Shown here: piece by piece, positions 52,490-64,000 of the stretch
How positions within the stretch are numbered: position 1 is the first letter of the stretch
How the letters are laid out: each line of letters begins with the position of its first letter
From: Camelus ferus
Taxonomy: Eukaryota
Assembly (NCBI RefSeq): GCF_009834535.1
Contig: NC_045697.1
Coordinates: 58,406,001 to 58,470,000, forward strand
DNA length: 64,000 bases
Direction: 5' to 3'
The notes under the pieces: model-generated
What the model saw: the letters and a program-made list of their open reading frames with translations, nothing else
The model's database searches: none
What the model was told of the DNA's origin: nothing
Made by a program: the position numbers and the translations under genes

Positions 52490-53075
52490 ACATGAGTTTT
52501 TCTACAATCAATACTTATAAGTCAGATTACTGGGTATTATGTTGTCCACGTTTTCAATTTACAATATATTGCCAAAATGCTATCAGATGTGTTTGTATCA
52601 ATTCACACTTCCACAAACTGTATATTTCTTAAATTCTCGCTAGGGCTTGGTATTGTCAGACTGATTTTGCCAATTTGACTGAGTATGAAAAATCTCTTAT
52701 TACTGTTACACTTTGCATTTTCCTGACTACCAGAGAGATGGTGTAACTTTTCGTTTGTTTATTGGCTGTAAGGGTTCCCCATTCTGTGAATTGCCTGTTC
52801 CTATCTTTTGCCCAGATACATTTTAGGTTACTGAATTTTATTTATTGATTTGTAGACATTCTTTGTACAATGTAGTCACTAACATTTTGTTACACGTGTT
52901 GTTTTACTTCCTTCCAGTAGCTCACCTGTTTTGAGTACTGTTTAAATTTTGAGATAAGAATCTTTTCTGTAGTTTTCTTACAGTTTATGATCTTTCTTAT
53001 TTTGTTATTTTGTTTTTTAAGAATCCCTTCTTTAGCCTAAAATCTAAGATATATCTTCTTCTAAGCTTTAAAGTA
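52490..53075 (-). mobile_element. Old L1ME-like ORF2 3' fragment
   Basis: ttgccaaaatgct...cttggtattgtcagact...tttgcattttcctgactacc...tctgtgaattgcctgttcctatcttttgccca. Confidence 0.7.
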
Positions 53076-56000
53076 TTTTATATATACATACACACACAAC
53101 ACATATTTTTTTTTTTTTGCCATGAAATGCAACACAACCCAGTTGCATTGCGTATGAAGAAACTGATGCCATTAGATATTCACTGTTATTTTTTTCCATA
53201 ATTACAGAGCTGCTCAGAGATCTTTGGTTTTCTGACTGTGGATTGCAACTCAGAATTCTCGATGAATCTTTGCTTCACAATATAGGAAGTGGCTGGTCTA
53301 CAGTGGAAATGATGAACTATACTACTCAGTCATTCATCTGGAAAACTCATCTTTTGTGTTCAAAGGCATGTATTTCTGTGTGCTTTTAACTTGGGCATTT
53401 TAAATACAATGGTATAGTATTCAAAACAAAGAATACTGAGCCTAAAGATAATGGGCCATGCACTTAACCACAGGATAAATGGAAGTAAACCACAGTTCTT
53501 TTCAGTAAGAATTAGTATGTAGTACGTGGTATGTAGGCATTCCCATAGCTGTATTTATTTGTAAATCACACACTAGTTTGCATTTTTGCTGAATAAAAGA
53601 AACCTCAGAACAAATAAATTATAATAACTATTTAAAAATATAAAATATTTTACCAATTTGAAGAAAATAAAACTTTCTGCATAATTCTCTGCTCTGTATT
53701 GGTGTATTTTCTTATATCGTGCAAATTATATGAGCTCACATGCAGAAAGTCTATCCTGGCTTAAACCAGAATTTTAAATTCGAAACTTTATTTGAAAAAA
53801 GTATGCCTGAGAAAAGTAGGTATGAATTAAAACAAGGTATCTATGAATAAAAAGTCTTGATGATGCTGTTCAGAGAAGGCTTATTTTGTCATATAATCAT
53901 AATCAGCTCTGCTCTGTTGAGACTGAGGTTGTTTCAGGAAACATACTGTTTCTATTTTTCTACATCAAGACTAATTCTCTTCCTTCAATCTGTATATCAT
54001 CCTAAATCCTTCTTAATTCTCCAGTGATTTTCTGAGGTTGTAAATTACTTTCTATGAATGTGGTGGTAACTTGTCCTAGTTTTTGAAGCACCCACACTCC
54101 TTAATAATAAATTATGAGGAAAACCTATTATGGAGATCATAGGAGGGTATCACATAAACACTTACTTTTACATGGTGTGCAGTATGTAAGGTTGAACTAT
54201 GCAAGTGCAAGCCTCCAGCAGGGGCTGTTTTACTTGGATACTACACAATTACCAGTGAGGGCAACTTAAGTATCCTTTTTTCCTAATAGGGCCACTTTCA
54301 CTTTCAAGATACAACATACAGGTTAATATAATCTATTTCTTAGAAAAAAATAATTTCAAAAAGTGATTTCTCTGTAAGTCAACTTTGTATATTATATACT
54401 GTATTTATATCATCACAACCTTTATGTTTATAATACAGTAGGAATATTTTTCCAAGTGAGAGGTACAATCTGGTTTTGCTTGTTTCTAAATTTTGAATAT
54501 AAGACATTTCATAGTTTTTATTAAAACTGGAAGTGGCATATAAAAGTTATAAGTTTAATTTATAATATTATCACTACCTATCTGAAGTCAACTCAAATAG
54601 ATTTCCTACTTGTTCGAGGCATTATTACATTGTCCGGAGAGAGGACAGTTTCAAGGAATATGAAATTCAGGAGCACAAAGATTTTGGAAAGTTGTATCTT
54701 TGGTTCTATTACTAAATGATTACAGGCAAAAACTATGTACCTGATTTTTTAACACAATCTTTGCTCTGACCAAAATGTTCATCCTTTTACTAAAATACAA
54801 AAAATGGAAAATTCAAGATAAAAGTATCTAATAAAACATCTTGAGTTTTTTGGTATTTGGGAACTTCCAGGAGAGAAGAAGGATTATAAAATTCTTGCAA
54901 CTTAAGTCCCACAATTGGACAGTTATGTATAGTATATTCAGCCTATTCCATAATGAATAGCTTTGTAAAAGAAATGTAACTGGTCAATTTATCTCCCCAT
55001 ATATTCAGAATATTCTAAAGCTTTCCTTTCCCTAAATGAATAGGATGGATCCACACTAAAGAACTATACTTTGAAGAAAATAAAGTAGAAAGAAATGAAC
55101 AGCACATCAAGGAAATTAAGAAATAAAGATGTGAATAATTGTGCTTTAAGAATATCTTATTTCCATATAAGGTGATAAAAATCACTCTGAAATACATTCT
55201 TGGAAAATATCTTAATTCTAATCTTCAGCAAGCTTCATGAAAAACTATCATCATAAGAAAAGAGTGAACATTTTTATTACTGTAAGTAGGGCTTTTTGAT
55301 CAGAAAGATCTTGTTCGGAATCTAGATTTCATCTTTATTAGCCATATGATTTTGGACAAGCTACCAAGAAACCCAGGTTCTTCATGGACATAAGATAATG
55401 GATAACAAATAACGAGCAGTGTAAAATAGGTAAATGACAGCCATACACACTAAAGCAGACATCGCAAACTGATCAAGATTATAAAGAGGCATATTGTCCT
55501 ATCAGAGAAAAGAATACCAGTCATTTCTGAAGATAAGCTGGAGTATCCACATTTAGTTCTCAAAAAAAGATGCTGTTTAGAATTACATCCTCAGCAACCT
55601 ATACAAAGCAAAAGTAATATTCCAAAACTAACTGGAAATGTTCTATAGCACTATATTTAGAAGTTATCAAAGTATCTCACTATGGTTTGTTTGATTTTTA
55701 ATAAAGAGGTAAGAGATACAGTTAACTATATACAAGGCAATAAGGGCAATAGAATAATAAACCATAAAAGTGAGGAACCTACTCTACATAAATAGCCCTC
55801 TTTGTGAAGGGATCTTTGAAAGCTATAATAATAGTAATAAATTAAAAGAATGTTTACTATTGTATAGTTGGCTGTCAGAGGTTGAATGGTTTGAAGAATT
55901 CGTAACAGAGACAAAGTTAAAAGCAAAACATAAAAAGGTCTTACTAGGGCAAGCATTTTAAGTTTTTTTTTCAGTTCTTGCTAATAACTTATAGTAAGAA

Positions 56001-57365
56001 CATTTGCCCCTGACTGACTAGAAATCAATGTTTAATATATTTCATTTTGCAAGAAGAGTTCATTCTGAAAATTATTTGGTCTCCTTGAGTTGGGAATCAG
56101 GACATTAATAGCAGTGTTTAATTATCTATTTGATGCAGCATTTCACTTTTAAAATCTGTACATATTTTGCTTTTGTGTATTAAACTGATTTTCCTAAAAC
56201 AGAGGAGTTCCTTATTTTATTGTACATTTTCTGATTATGTCTTTATTGAGGACACATCAAAGGAAAGAAATTAACACAGAAAATACTGTTGCCTCATTTA
56301 CAATCAAGAATATAAAGAACACAAAGGTGAATCTCAAATGCAAAACATGTCCATGCCATAGGCTACTTCTTGTATTTGCACTCATATCATTGCAATATTT
56401 GTTCATAACAAAAAGTAATTTGTTACACAGGCTACCCTAATTTGTTAGTCATGCAACTATTCTTAGGCATATCATTAACTGTTTCTAAAATTCCACAAAT
56501 AGATGTCAGATTATATCAGGATCTGGTTTCTATTTACAACCAATGATTTTATAATCATTCAAAACGGCAAGGTTTTGGGGGAGATATGATATATTTTATG
56601 CATATAAGTCAAATTATATTTACTGGCATTAATAAGGTGGAGTGAATGAGTAGCTTTAATTCACAGAATCATTAACTGCAGTGAAACACCACTTACACTT
56701 TTTCATTTGTATTTTTCCTTACAAACATAAAATCAAACTATGTTTAGTAGCCTGAATATCAATGAGATGGCAGGTGATTTACTGTGAAGTTTCTTCTGCC
56801 CCAGTGACCATCCTCCTGGGAAAGACAATACAGGCTCTGGGAAGACATGAGTTTAAAAAGGGAATGAAGGGATCACATCCCTATTCTGCTACACAGCGGG
56901 GTGTTCAGCACGGTTGTCTGAATTGAACTAGTGCTCGCTATGCTTCTGAAGTGGTAGGATGGGGCTTGGAGGAAAGGAAGCCAGTGTCTGCTTATATTGT
57001 TCTCTCAGGTAAGGAGAAGAAGTATTTTACTTTTATTTCTTCAATGCTGAAGTATAGTTATAAATCAAAAGTGGAAGTACAACTAGGCAGATGTAATTTG
57101 CATTTAATTTCTAATTTAAAAGAGACAATTCAAGTCTTATTAGTTTATTTCTTTTTGTTAGCCTCAAGGGGAACATCATCTTAGGTAAATTATTATTTCT
57201 TTTGACATTCAGGTAACCACATCATTCCTCCCACCTATTAGTAGAAAATAAAAAAGGAAAGGAAATCTTCAGTAATGAAAGATGAATCTTAATATCTGAT
57301 TACTTGAAATCACTGCCAAGGACCAGTTTTCATTTGTTAGAAAATATAAGTGAACTTCTTAATAA

Positions 57366-57398
<33 letters not shown>
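57366..57398. repeat. (AAT)11 microsatellite at the tail of a MIR (about 57399-57560, minus strand)
   Basis: Direct reading; adjacent MIR-like cactgttgtaagcaattaaca...ctctgaagtgggtactatt. Confidence 0.85.
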
Positions 57399-57399
<1 letters not shown>

Positions 57400-59637
57400 G
57401 TACTTATTATATTCCTGTCACTGTTGTAAGCAATTAACATATACTAACTCAGCCCACTCAAGGCCCCTCTGAAGTGGGTACTATTTACATCTCTATTGCA
57501 CAGACACTGAGAAGTTGAGCAATTTACCAAACTCCATTCACAAAACTGCTAGGCAAAACTGCAACAAGTAACTCGACTATTTGCAAACGTCTATTTGATG
57601 GCACTTTTCTCCTTTGTATCAACAACGCTGCTAACAGTTGAGGTCAACTTTCAGTAGACAGTTGTGCCACTGAGAACTAAAATTTACCCTTAAAAATTAT
57701 GACAAGGTTGCCATAGGTCATCATAATTTTGCTAATTATTTAAATTTACTGAGAATGCATGTGTAGATTAACATAAATCTGAACCTTGAAAGGAGAATTT
57801 GTCAGTATTAACAAATAAGTGCTACACACCTACAAATCAGACATTATTCTGTCATGTAACACTTAAATTGGGCTTAAATATATATAGCTTTGCAGATCAA
57901 TTCTCCATGTGTAAAAATCTCTATTGCATTAATTTGTGTGGGAGGTTGATGAGAAGGAGGACTGGAGGCAGGGGTAAATAAAAACTCACAATGCTAGCCA
58001 AGTTATAGTTTCAGAAGGAGAAGTGCCTTTTTGCCAGTTCTGCCACTCAGATGGGGCACATTTTTGCAATGCACAGCTTGGGGTGGGGGGGGGGGGGCAT
58101 CTTTTTGCAATTCATACAACAATACCATATTTGTAGAAGCTACCTAGCAAAATCTGATTTTAAACTGAAATTTCTGATGTCAGTTCTATTTATCAAATTC
58201 AAAAAAATGGGAAATGCAATTACATTATTCATGATGATAAAGTCTAATAAAATTTAATTACAGAAAGTATCCCAATTTCTATATAAATCTGCAAACAGAG
58301 TGGAAATGTGTGTAACAATGAACTGAACCACCAGAGAAATGTCTCCCCAAATGCTTCATTTTGGGATCAAACTCAAGTTTTACAGGTATCGTTAATCTAA
58401 ATGATTCAGAATGTGGTTTAGCCAGCAGGGATTATGGGTAGGAGATACAGGTGGGAAAGATTACTATAGCTATGAATTGTTTCTACTATCACTAGGAAGT
58501 TGAAGCTACTAGAAATTTGGATTAGATTTCCAGTGGCCTGGGAGGAGCTTGGGGATTGAGGACTGACATCAAGGTATGTGCAAACAGTGTATATTTAAAT
58601 AAACAAATCTTTCTGTGGCGTTTGTGAAACTTGGGTTTGAATTAGAGTTAACTTTCCTTGAAACCCTCTGTAATGAACCATCACCTTAAGGCTCTCAAAA
58701 ACCTCCTACCTGTGTATACAGTGGCACAGGTGAAGTAAACTTGATGGTTGGTAGTCCTGGGGTTATGGGTATTGGCTCCAAAGAACTCTGGATTTGCATA
58801 GGTGTGTAGCATTGGAGCAAGCAAGTCAACAGAAGAAAAATATTTTCAAATGTACAGGGAACACTTGGAAACATCTTCATAACTATAGATATTCAAAGGA
58901 CAAATGTAATAAAAGGTTTTAAAGAGATGAGGTGATCAAATAACAAAGTCTCAAAGAGAATATGTAAGAATGGTTACATGAGTTGAAAATTATCGATAAA
59001 TCTTCCAAGGTCTTGCTTGATTCCAAGGAGAAAAATTTCAATAGTAACCAAGTTAATCACACTGGGATATCTAAACAAGTAATCTGATACACAGGATGCA
59101 ACAAGTTGGTTTAAGAACAGAATATTAGAGATGATTAAAAAAAATAAAAACTATTGAGACAGATTTCTGCACTGTATGGTGGATGATTTATTCTTAATGA
59201 ATCCCAAAGATGATAATGATGGATTCTTATTTGGAAGAATAGATGATAAGACATACAGAATTTTAAAATAATTATTCTTTTGATGAATTAGGCAGTGGTA
59301 TGAATAGGAAAGAAACCCTAAAGTGAAAATAGGACTAATTTTTAGACAAATTCTTATAGTTTTCAAAGACCGGAAGTATTCCAAAGACAAACATGAGATT
59401 TAATATATCTAACTTACAAAAAAAAGAAAATGGAGTTTGAATTAAATAAAATAATTCCAGCTGTAAGAAACTAAGAAGGAATGGGAAGTTAGAACATATG
59501 ATGATGTAAAAATGCAATGCCTAAAGGTTTTATTTGAATAATAGACAATATAGTCTTTTGAATAAATAGATGTGAATAATTATGTTGCTGAGGTGACTGA
59601 AGTTTATCTGGAAAGGTGAATCTTGGATGCCACCTAC

Positions 59638-59679
59638 CTAAATATGATACACACGCCTGAATGCAGGGAAGATAGGACC
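59638..59679 (-). CDS. ADGRL3: ADGRL3 alternative cassette exon, 42 nt ((G)SYLPCIQACVSYL)
   Basis: cttatttcccag|GGTCCTATCTT...TCATATTTAG|gtaggt. Strong splice sites, phase 1-1, frame-preserving, no stop. The peptide resembles a latrophilin-3 insert I recall (GSYLPCIQACV..YL). Confidence 0.8.
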   Translation of the reverse strand, partial: GPIFPAFRRVYHI

Positions 59680-61978
59680 CTGGGAAATAAGACAAGATTA
59701 AAGAAGGAGGTTAAAGGCTAGTTTTAGAGATATAATATGAAGAAATAAAATTTTAAAGTACGGCACTCATCTAAGATAAAAAATAATGAGATGAGAATAA
59801 AACGAGGAGTTACTGACTTGGGGGAACTGGGAAATTAATGTAGGAGATCAGGAAGACCACTGTGATGTCTACCACCATTAAAGTCACCATGTGAAAGGAA
59901 GAATATGTATCCTGAAGGACAAGATCACTGCATGGACATACTCCAAATCATAAATTCAATTTAAACCCTCCCCTAAGCCATCATTAAAATAACTTGTTGG
60001 ATGTTCCAAGAAATTTTTATACCCTTTCTTCAATAACTTTAAGAAATACCTTTTAAAGCTAAAGATTTTTAAAAGCATTTAAACATATGATCAGACAATA
60101 TAAAATAACTATTTTATTTAAATCTATTTCAAACTGACCTATTCATCCACATATCACATATTCCAAGTTGATGAAATTTTTGAGAAGGAACTAAAAAGAA
60201 CACTGCAATGTTACATAATGTGACCGACCTTAAAATCAAGGTCATAAAAATTATTCATTTAAAATAGTTTTTAATAAAGCTACATACCTTGCTAAGTTTA
60301 TATAAATTTAGATAAATTTACATAAATCATAATGCTAGACCAAGTAGTTATTTTACATATTTTCTCCATCTTCACAGTAGGCAAATAAACTGCATCATTA
60401 AAATCATATTTTTTTCATCTTTTGTTTAAACACTTATTCTATGGTTGCTGTGATCATTAGATGCAAGATACTTCCAATAATAAATCCTATTAATGAGAAA
60501 AGTTTTTCTAGGAACATACTGTAAATTTCCTATGTATGAGATTATTTAAAGAAAAAAGAAAATCTGTCAGTGTGAAAGAAAATGAATTCCTAAACATTGG
60601 AAGCATTTGTAAGCAATTTGTTGTCTATGATTTGGAAAGTATGTCAAAAAAGTTGAGTATTCATATTTAAATAAATTTTCACAAACTAACCATTAAAAAA
60701 TACTTTAAAAGAGAAGAATACTTGAGAGAAATTATTGAAAACAAACTAAAAATGAAACAAAGTACAAGAAGGTAACTGTTTTATTTTAATGTATTTTCTT
60801 CATATGTGGAGAAATATTTGCACTCACTCTCCTTACTTAAGCAAAAGTGATGTAGACAATTTAGCATCAACACTAGATTATAGTTACTACATCACTGCCA
60901 CAAATAACGTATGAAAGTCAATCAAGATTATACGTAATATGGATAAGTGGGCAAATCCCTGTATCAAAGTTGTAATTGTTAAATTATTTGTTTCTAAGTA
61001 GCATTCAGTATAACAAAAAGCTGACAGAAACAAGTTTAAAACAAACAAATAATTCTAGTTTGGAGGTAAGAAAAAAAAAAAACGATATTGATCATAAAAG
61101 TAACCACTGAATATATACATTAAAAAACTCTCTCTTAGGACACTGGGATTAGCATATGCTCATACGAACACCACCCCCCACCTCCAGATAAAACTGTATT
61201 CTAAAGATTTCCGAGCACTAACTGTAGTGTACTCCAGCTTTCCACAAATATTCTATCAACTCATTTTTATAGCAGCCAATTTAATTCTAATCACACACAC
61301 ACACACATGCTGGTAGGTGCTGGAGGAAGGGAGGAGAGAGAGAGAATAAAAAAATCAACCACAAACAGAACAGTACATCAGGAAATTTCATTTGCAAGAT
61401 CTAAATGATGCTCCTAGAAGCATTTTAACTAGAAGTACATACACACCAAAAAAATCATTTATATGTTTTCTTCTCCTGAATCTTTAAATATCCAATATTG
61501 TCTGGACAAGTCTTTTTGATATTAAGATTAGATGTGGTTTTTCCCCCAATACACAGGTTGCCTGAAGTATGTACTAGACAGTATAATTTTGCTTCCACAA
61601 AGACTGTGAAATTGCTCTGTATCTGGGACAATGTGGAACTCTACGATGCTCAGCGGACTATACGGCCACATAATTGCCCACTTCCACTGCTTTCAGTGAG
61701 GCCTGACAGCTCACCGGTTTATAGCGGTGGCAGATGACTAAAGAAAAAAGTTGCTCGTTTTTACACTTCTCTTTAGAAAAGATTTCCTGAAAATTCAGGA
61801 TTGAAAAAGAAAGACTTATGAATAATGAGACTCACTGCTACACTCAACTAGGTTTTATACTCCTGCAAAATTCCTATCACATGGAACAAGGTCCAGAAGT
61901 TAAAAATAAAGCAATGCATTTAAGAACTTCTTAAAATAATCACAAAAAGAATAAGTAGGAACAATCATTTCTAATTAC

Positions 61979-62075
61979 CTCTGTTGAGTGATGCTGAACT
62001 GTTTATATCTCCAGTAATGAAGGAAGACTCTGACTGCTTTCGGACCGTGTCATTCCACATTCTACGAATTCGGCT
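61979..62075 (-). CDS. ADGRL3: ADGRL3 internal coding exon, 97 nt ([32 protein letters not shown]+G), proximal cytoplasmic tail
   Basis: Minus strand reads tttccccatccag|AGCCGAATTCGT...CTCAACAGAG|gtaatt, with canonical AG/GT. The translation is the conserved latrophilin [14 protein letters not shown] motif. Upstream exons lie beyond the window end. Confidence 0.97.
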
Positions 62076-63389
62076 CTGGATGGGGAAAGGGAAAAAAGGA
62101 AATGAACTCACCATGTGGTGAATTTTCACACAAATTACTCTTTTTTGTTTCTGTTATAGTTAGAGGAGACCTAGATGTCTGGCATATGGCAAATATACAA
62201 CTTCTACATGCTTGTAATAGAGTAGCATGAGAATATCAGAAACTACATTAATGATGATAACTGGTTCTCATTGAGAGTATTCTTAAATGCTTATACCAGA
62301 AATAATTACAGCTCTTTAAAAGGAATAAATGTAATGTACTATTCTTCTTTAAATATGTTTAATATACATAAAAATGTGTCCTAGACAGAATTTAATAATT
62401 GTAATTTCTAAAGTAAAACTAATTATTTTCATTGTAACTTTTATGGGAATGGGATACTTAATGCATTAAATTGTCAGTTTTATTAACAAAAGATTTAGCT
62501 TAAGAAATCGGAATCTTGCGAGAAGTAGTTTGGTAAGAAAAGAACACGGACTACTACCCAAATGCTACTAAACTCAACATTTTCCATAAATTTTGTAAGA
62601 AGACCAATGTAATTTTACAGGTTACATACTATCTTGACTTTTCTTTCTTTTGAAGGAGATAAAGGAAGTCGATTCATCTTTATTCATTTCTTCACAGTAG
62701 GAAGTTTTATACAGAACTGAAAATTCTTACATCATTATATATATTCTCAAATTCAATTTTCTAAGTGTTGGATAATTCAAGAAAGCAGTGTAATATTTTT
62801 CCATTTTTGGGGGCTTTTTTTTTCTGGTTTATTGTTTTGCTATTTTATTGAGTATTAACAATCTTGTGACCAAGAAACAAAATATTTTTAGAAGCTTTTC
62901 CAAAGATAAAAAAGTTATAACAACTATTACTAGTAGCAATGGGGAAATCAAGCTCACAAATGGGTTATAGTCCAAATATATTTGAACTCTTTGAATAATA
63001 GGAGTATCTAACCTTAAAATATTAGACAACTACTTTTATAAGTTTTGGGACAAGTTTATTCTTCAGAAATATTGTCTACATTGTTACATAGGTCAGCAAA
63101 CACATACATAAACAGCAAAACTAATCAGAGTACAATAAGAAAACCACTGCAGGATTTAGACCTTGAGCACTAGAAAAATGTTTCTACTGAAAAATATTCC
63201 AACACTTCAAACTGAAATACTGGAGACAAATCTCTTATATTTGTTGTATTAGTTAGTTAATTAAAAATATTAATTCCTTTCTACCACATGCCAAATACTA
63301 ATCTAGGAACTACAAAGGGGAAAGGCAAACACAAACCACCTTTACTTTCATGGAACTGCTAGACCAGTAAGTGACAGATTAATCAAATA

Positions 63390-63800
63390 TTAATTAACAG
63401 AAATAATGCAGAAGTCCATGTACCCACAAATCTCCACAGAAGCATTACTTATTATCACTGAAAACTGTGAAGAACCCAAATAACTATTAATGGCAGAAGA
63501 GATGAATAAATTATCAAATAATATACAGCAATGAAAATTAAAAAGCAATACAGATGTCCAAGGAAAGAAGGAGAACATAAAAGGATATGTACAGAATAAT
63601 TTCATTTGAAAAAGTACCAAATACATGCAAAACAAGAACTGCTGTTCAAAGTTAAGATAGTGGTTATGTTTTGAGGTGGATGATTGAGAACAGGTCAAAG
63701 GGTTTCTGAGGTACTCCCAATTCGACCTGGGGAAGGGTGATAAATCACAGTGCCATACATTTATATTTTGTGTGCTTTTGTTAATGTTTATTATCCTACA
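63390..63800 (+). mobile_element. Old L1ME-like 3' UTR fragment
   Basis: aatatacagcaatgaaaatt...atttcatttgaaaaagt...aagttaagatagtggttatgttttg...gacctggggaagggtga. Confidence 0.55.
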
Positions 63801-64000
63801 TAATTTTGGAGACATCTTAAGTACACATTATAAAGGAATATGTCCTTGTCTAGAAAATCTGCAAACACTGCACTGAAGCAGTGACATCTCAACTGAGAGT
63901 TGATGGAATTATGATCGTTGTTAGGTGACATTTATTTGAACTGCCTCTATTATCTTCTATTATTATCGTCTGTTAGTCTCTCCTACCTGGGCTAGCCACA

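Noticed and set aside
58080..58097. G-run (GGGGT followed by G13), possible G-quadruplex
   Set aside because: Isolated intronic homopolymer with no supporting context; its length is also error-prone in assemblies.
58790..59560. Possible very old CR1/L3 reverse-transcriptase remnant next to the 42-nt exon
   Set aside because: Only a faint motif resemblance (NMRFN-like); cannot be supported without a profile search.

Overview
AT-rich placental-mammal genomic DNA. The L1 3' UTR style and the absence of Alu, Bov-tA, PRE-1 and CanSINE tentatively suggest a camelid-like artiodactyl. The minus strand carries the 3' end of ADGRL3 (latrophilin-3, adhesion GPCR). It comprises a constitutive 97-nt exon (61979-62075), three phase-1 cassette exons (42 nt, 129 nt, and an 18/52-nt microexon with two donors), and the large terminal exon encoding the tail that ends in the PDZ ligand -VTSL. 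A long, repeat-free 3' UTR follows with tandem poly(A) signals to about 29.5 kb. Just beyond it is a candidate alternative terminal exon (29280-29308, ENCCHPRYL*) with its own poly(A) signal. Bases 1-29 kb are intergenic and repeat-rich: a young truncated L1, two solo LTRs with readable target-site duplications, and MaLR, MIR, L2 and hAT elements. No other protein-coding gene, RNA gene or CRISPR-like structure is supported. The most interesting content is the combinatorial splicing module for the ADGRL3 C-terminal tail, which is at least partly known from rodents. Repeat family names are by-eye recognition and their boundaries are approximate unless a TSD is given.
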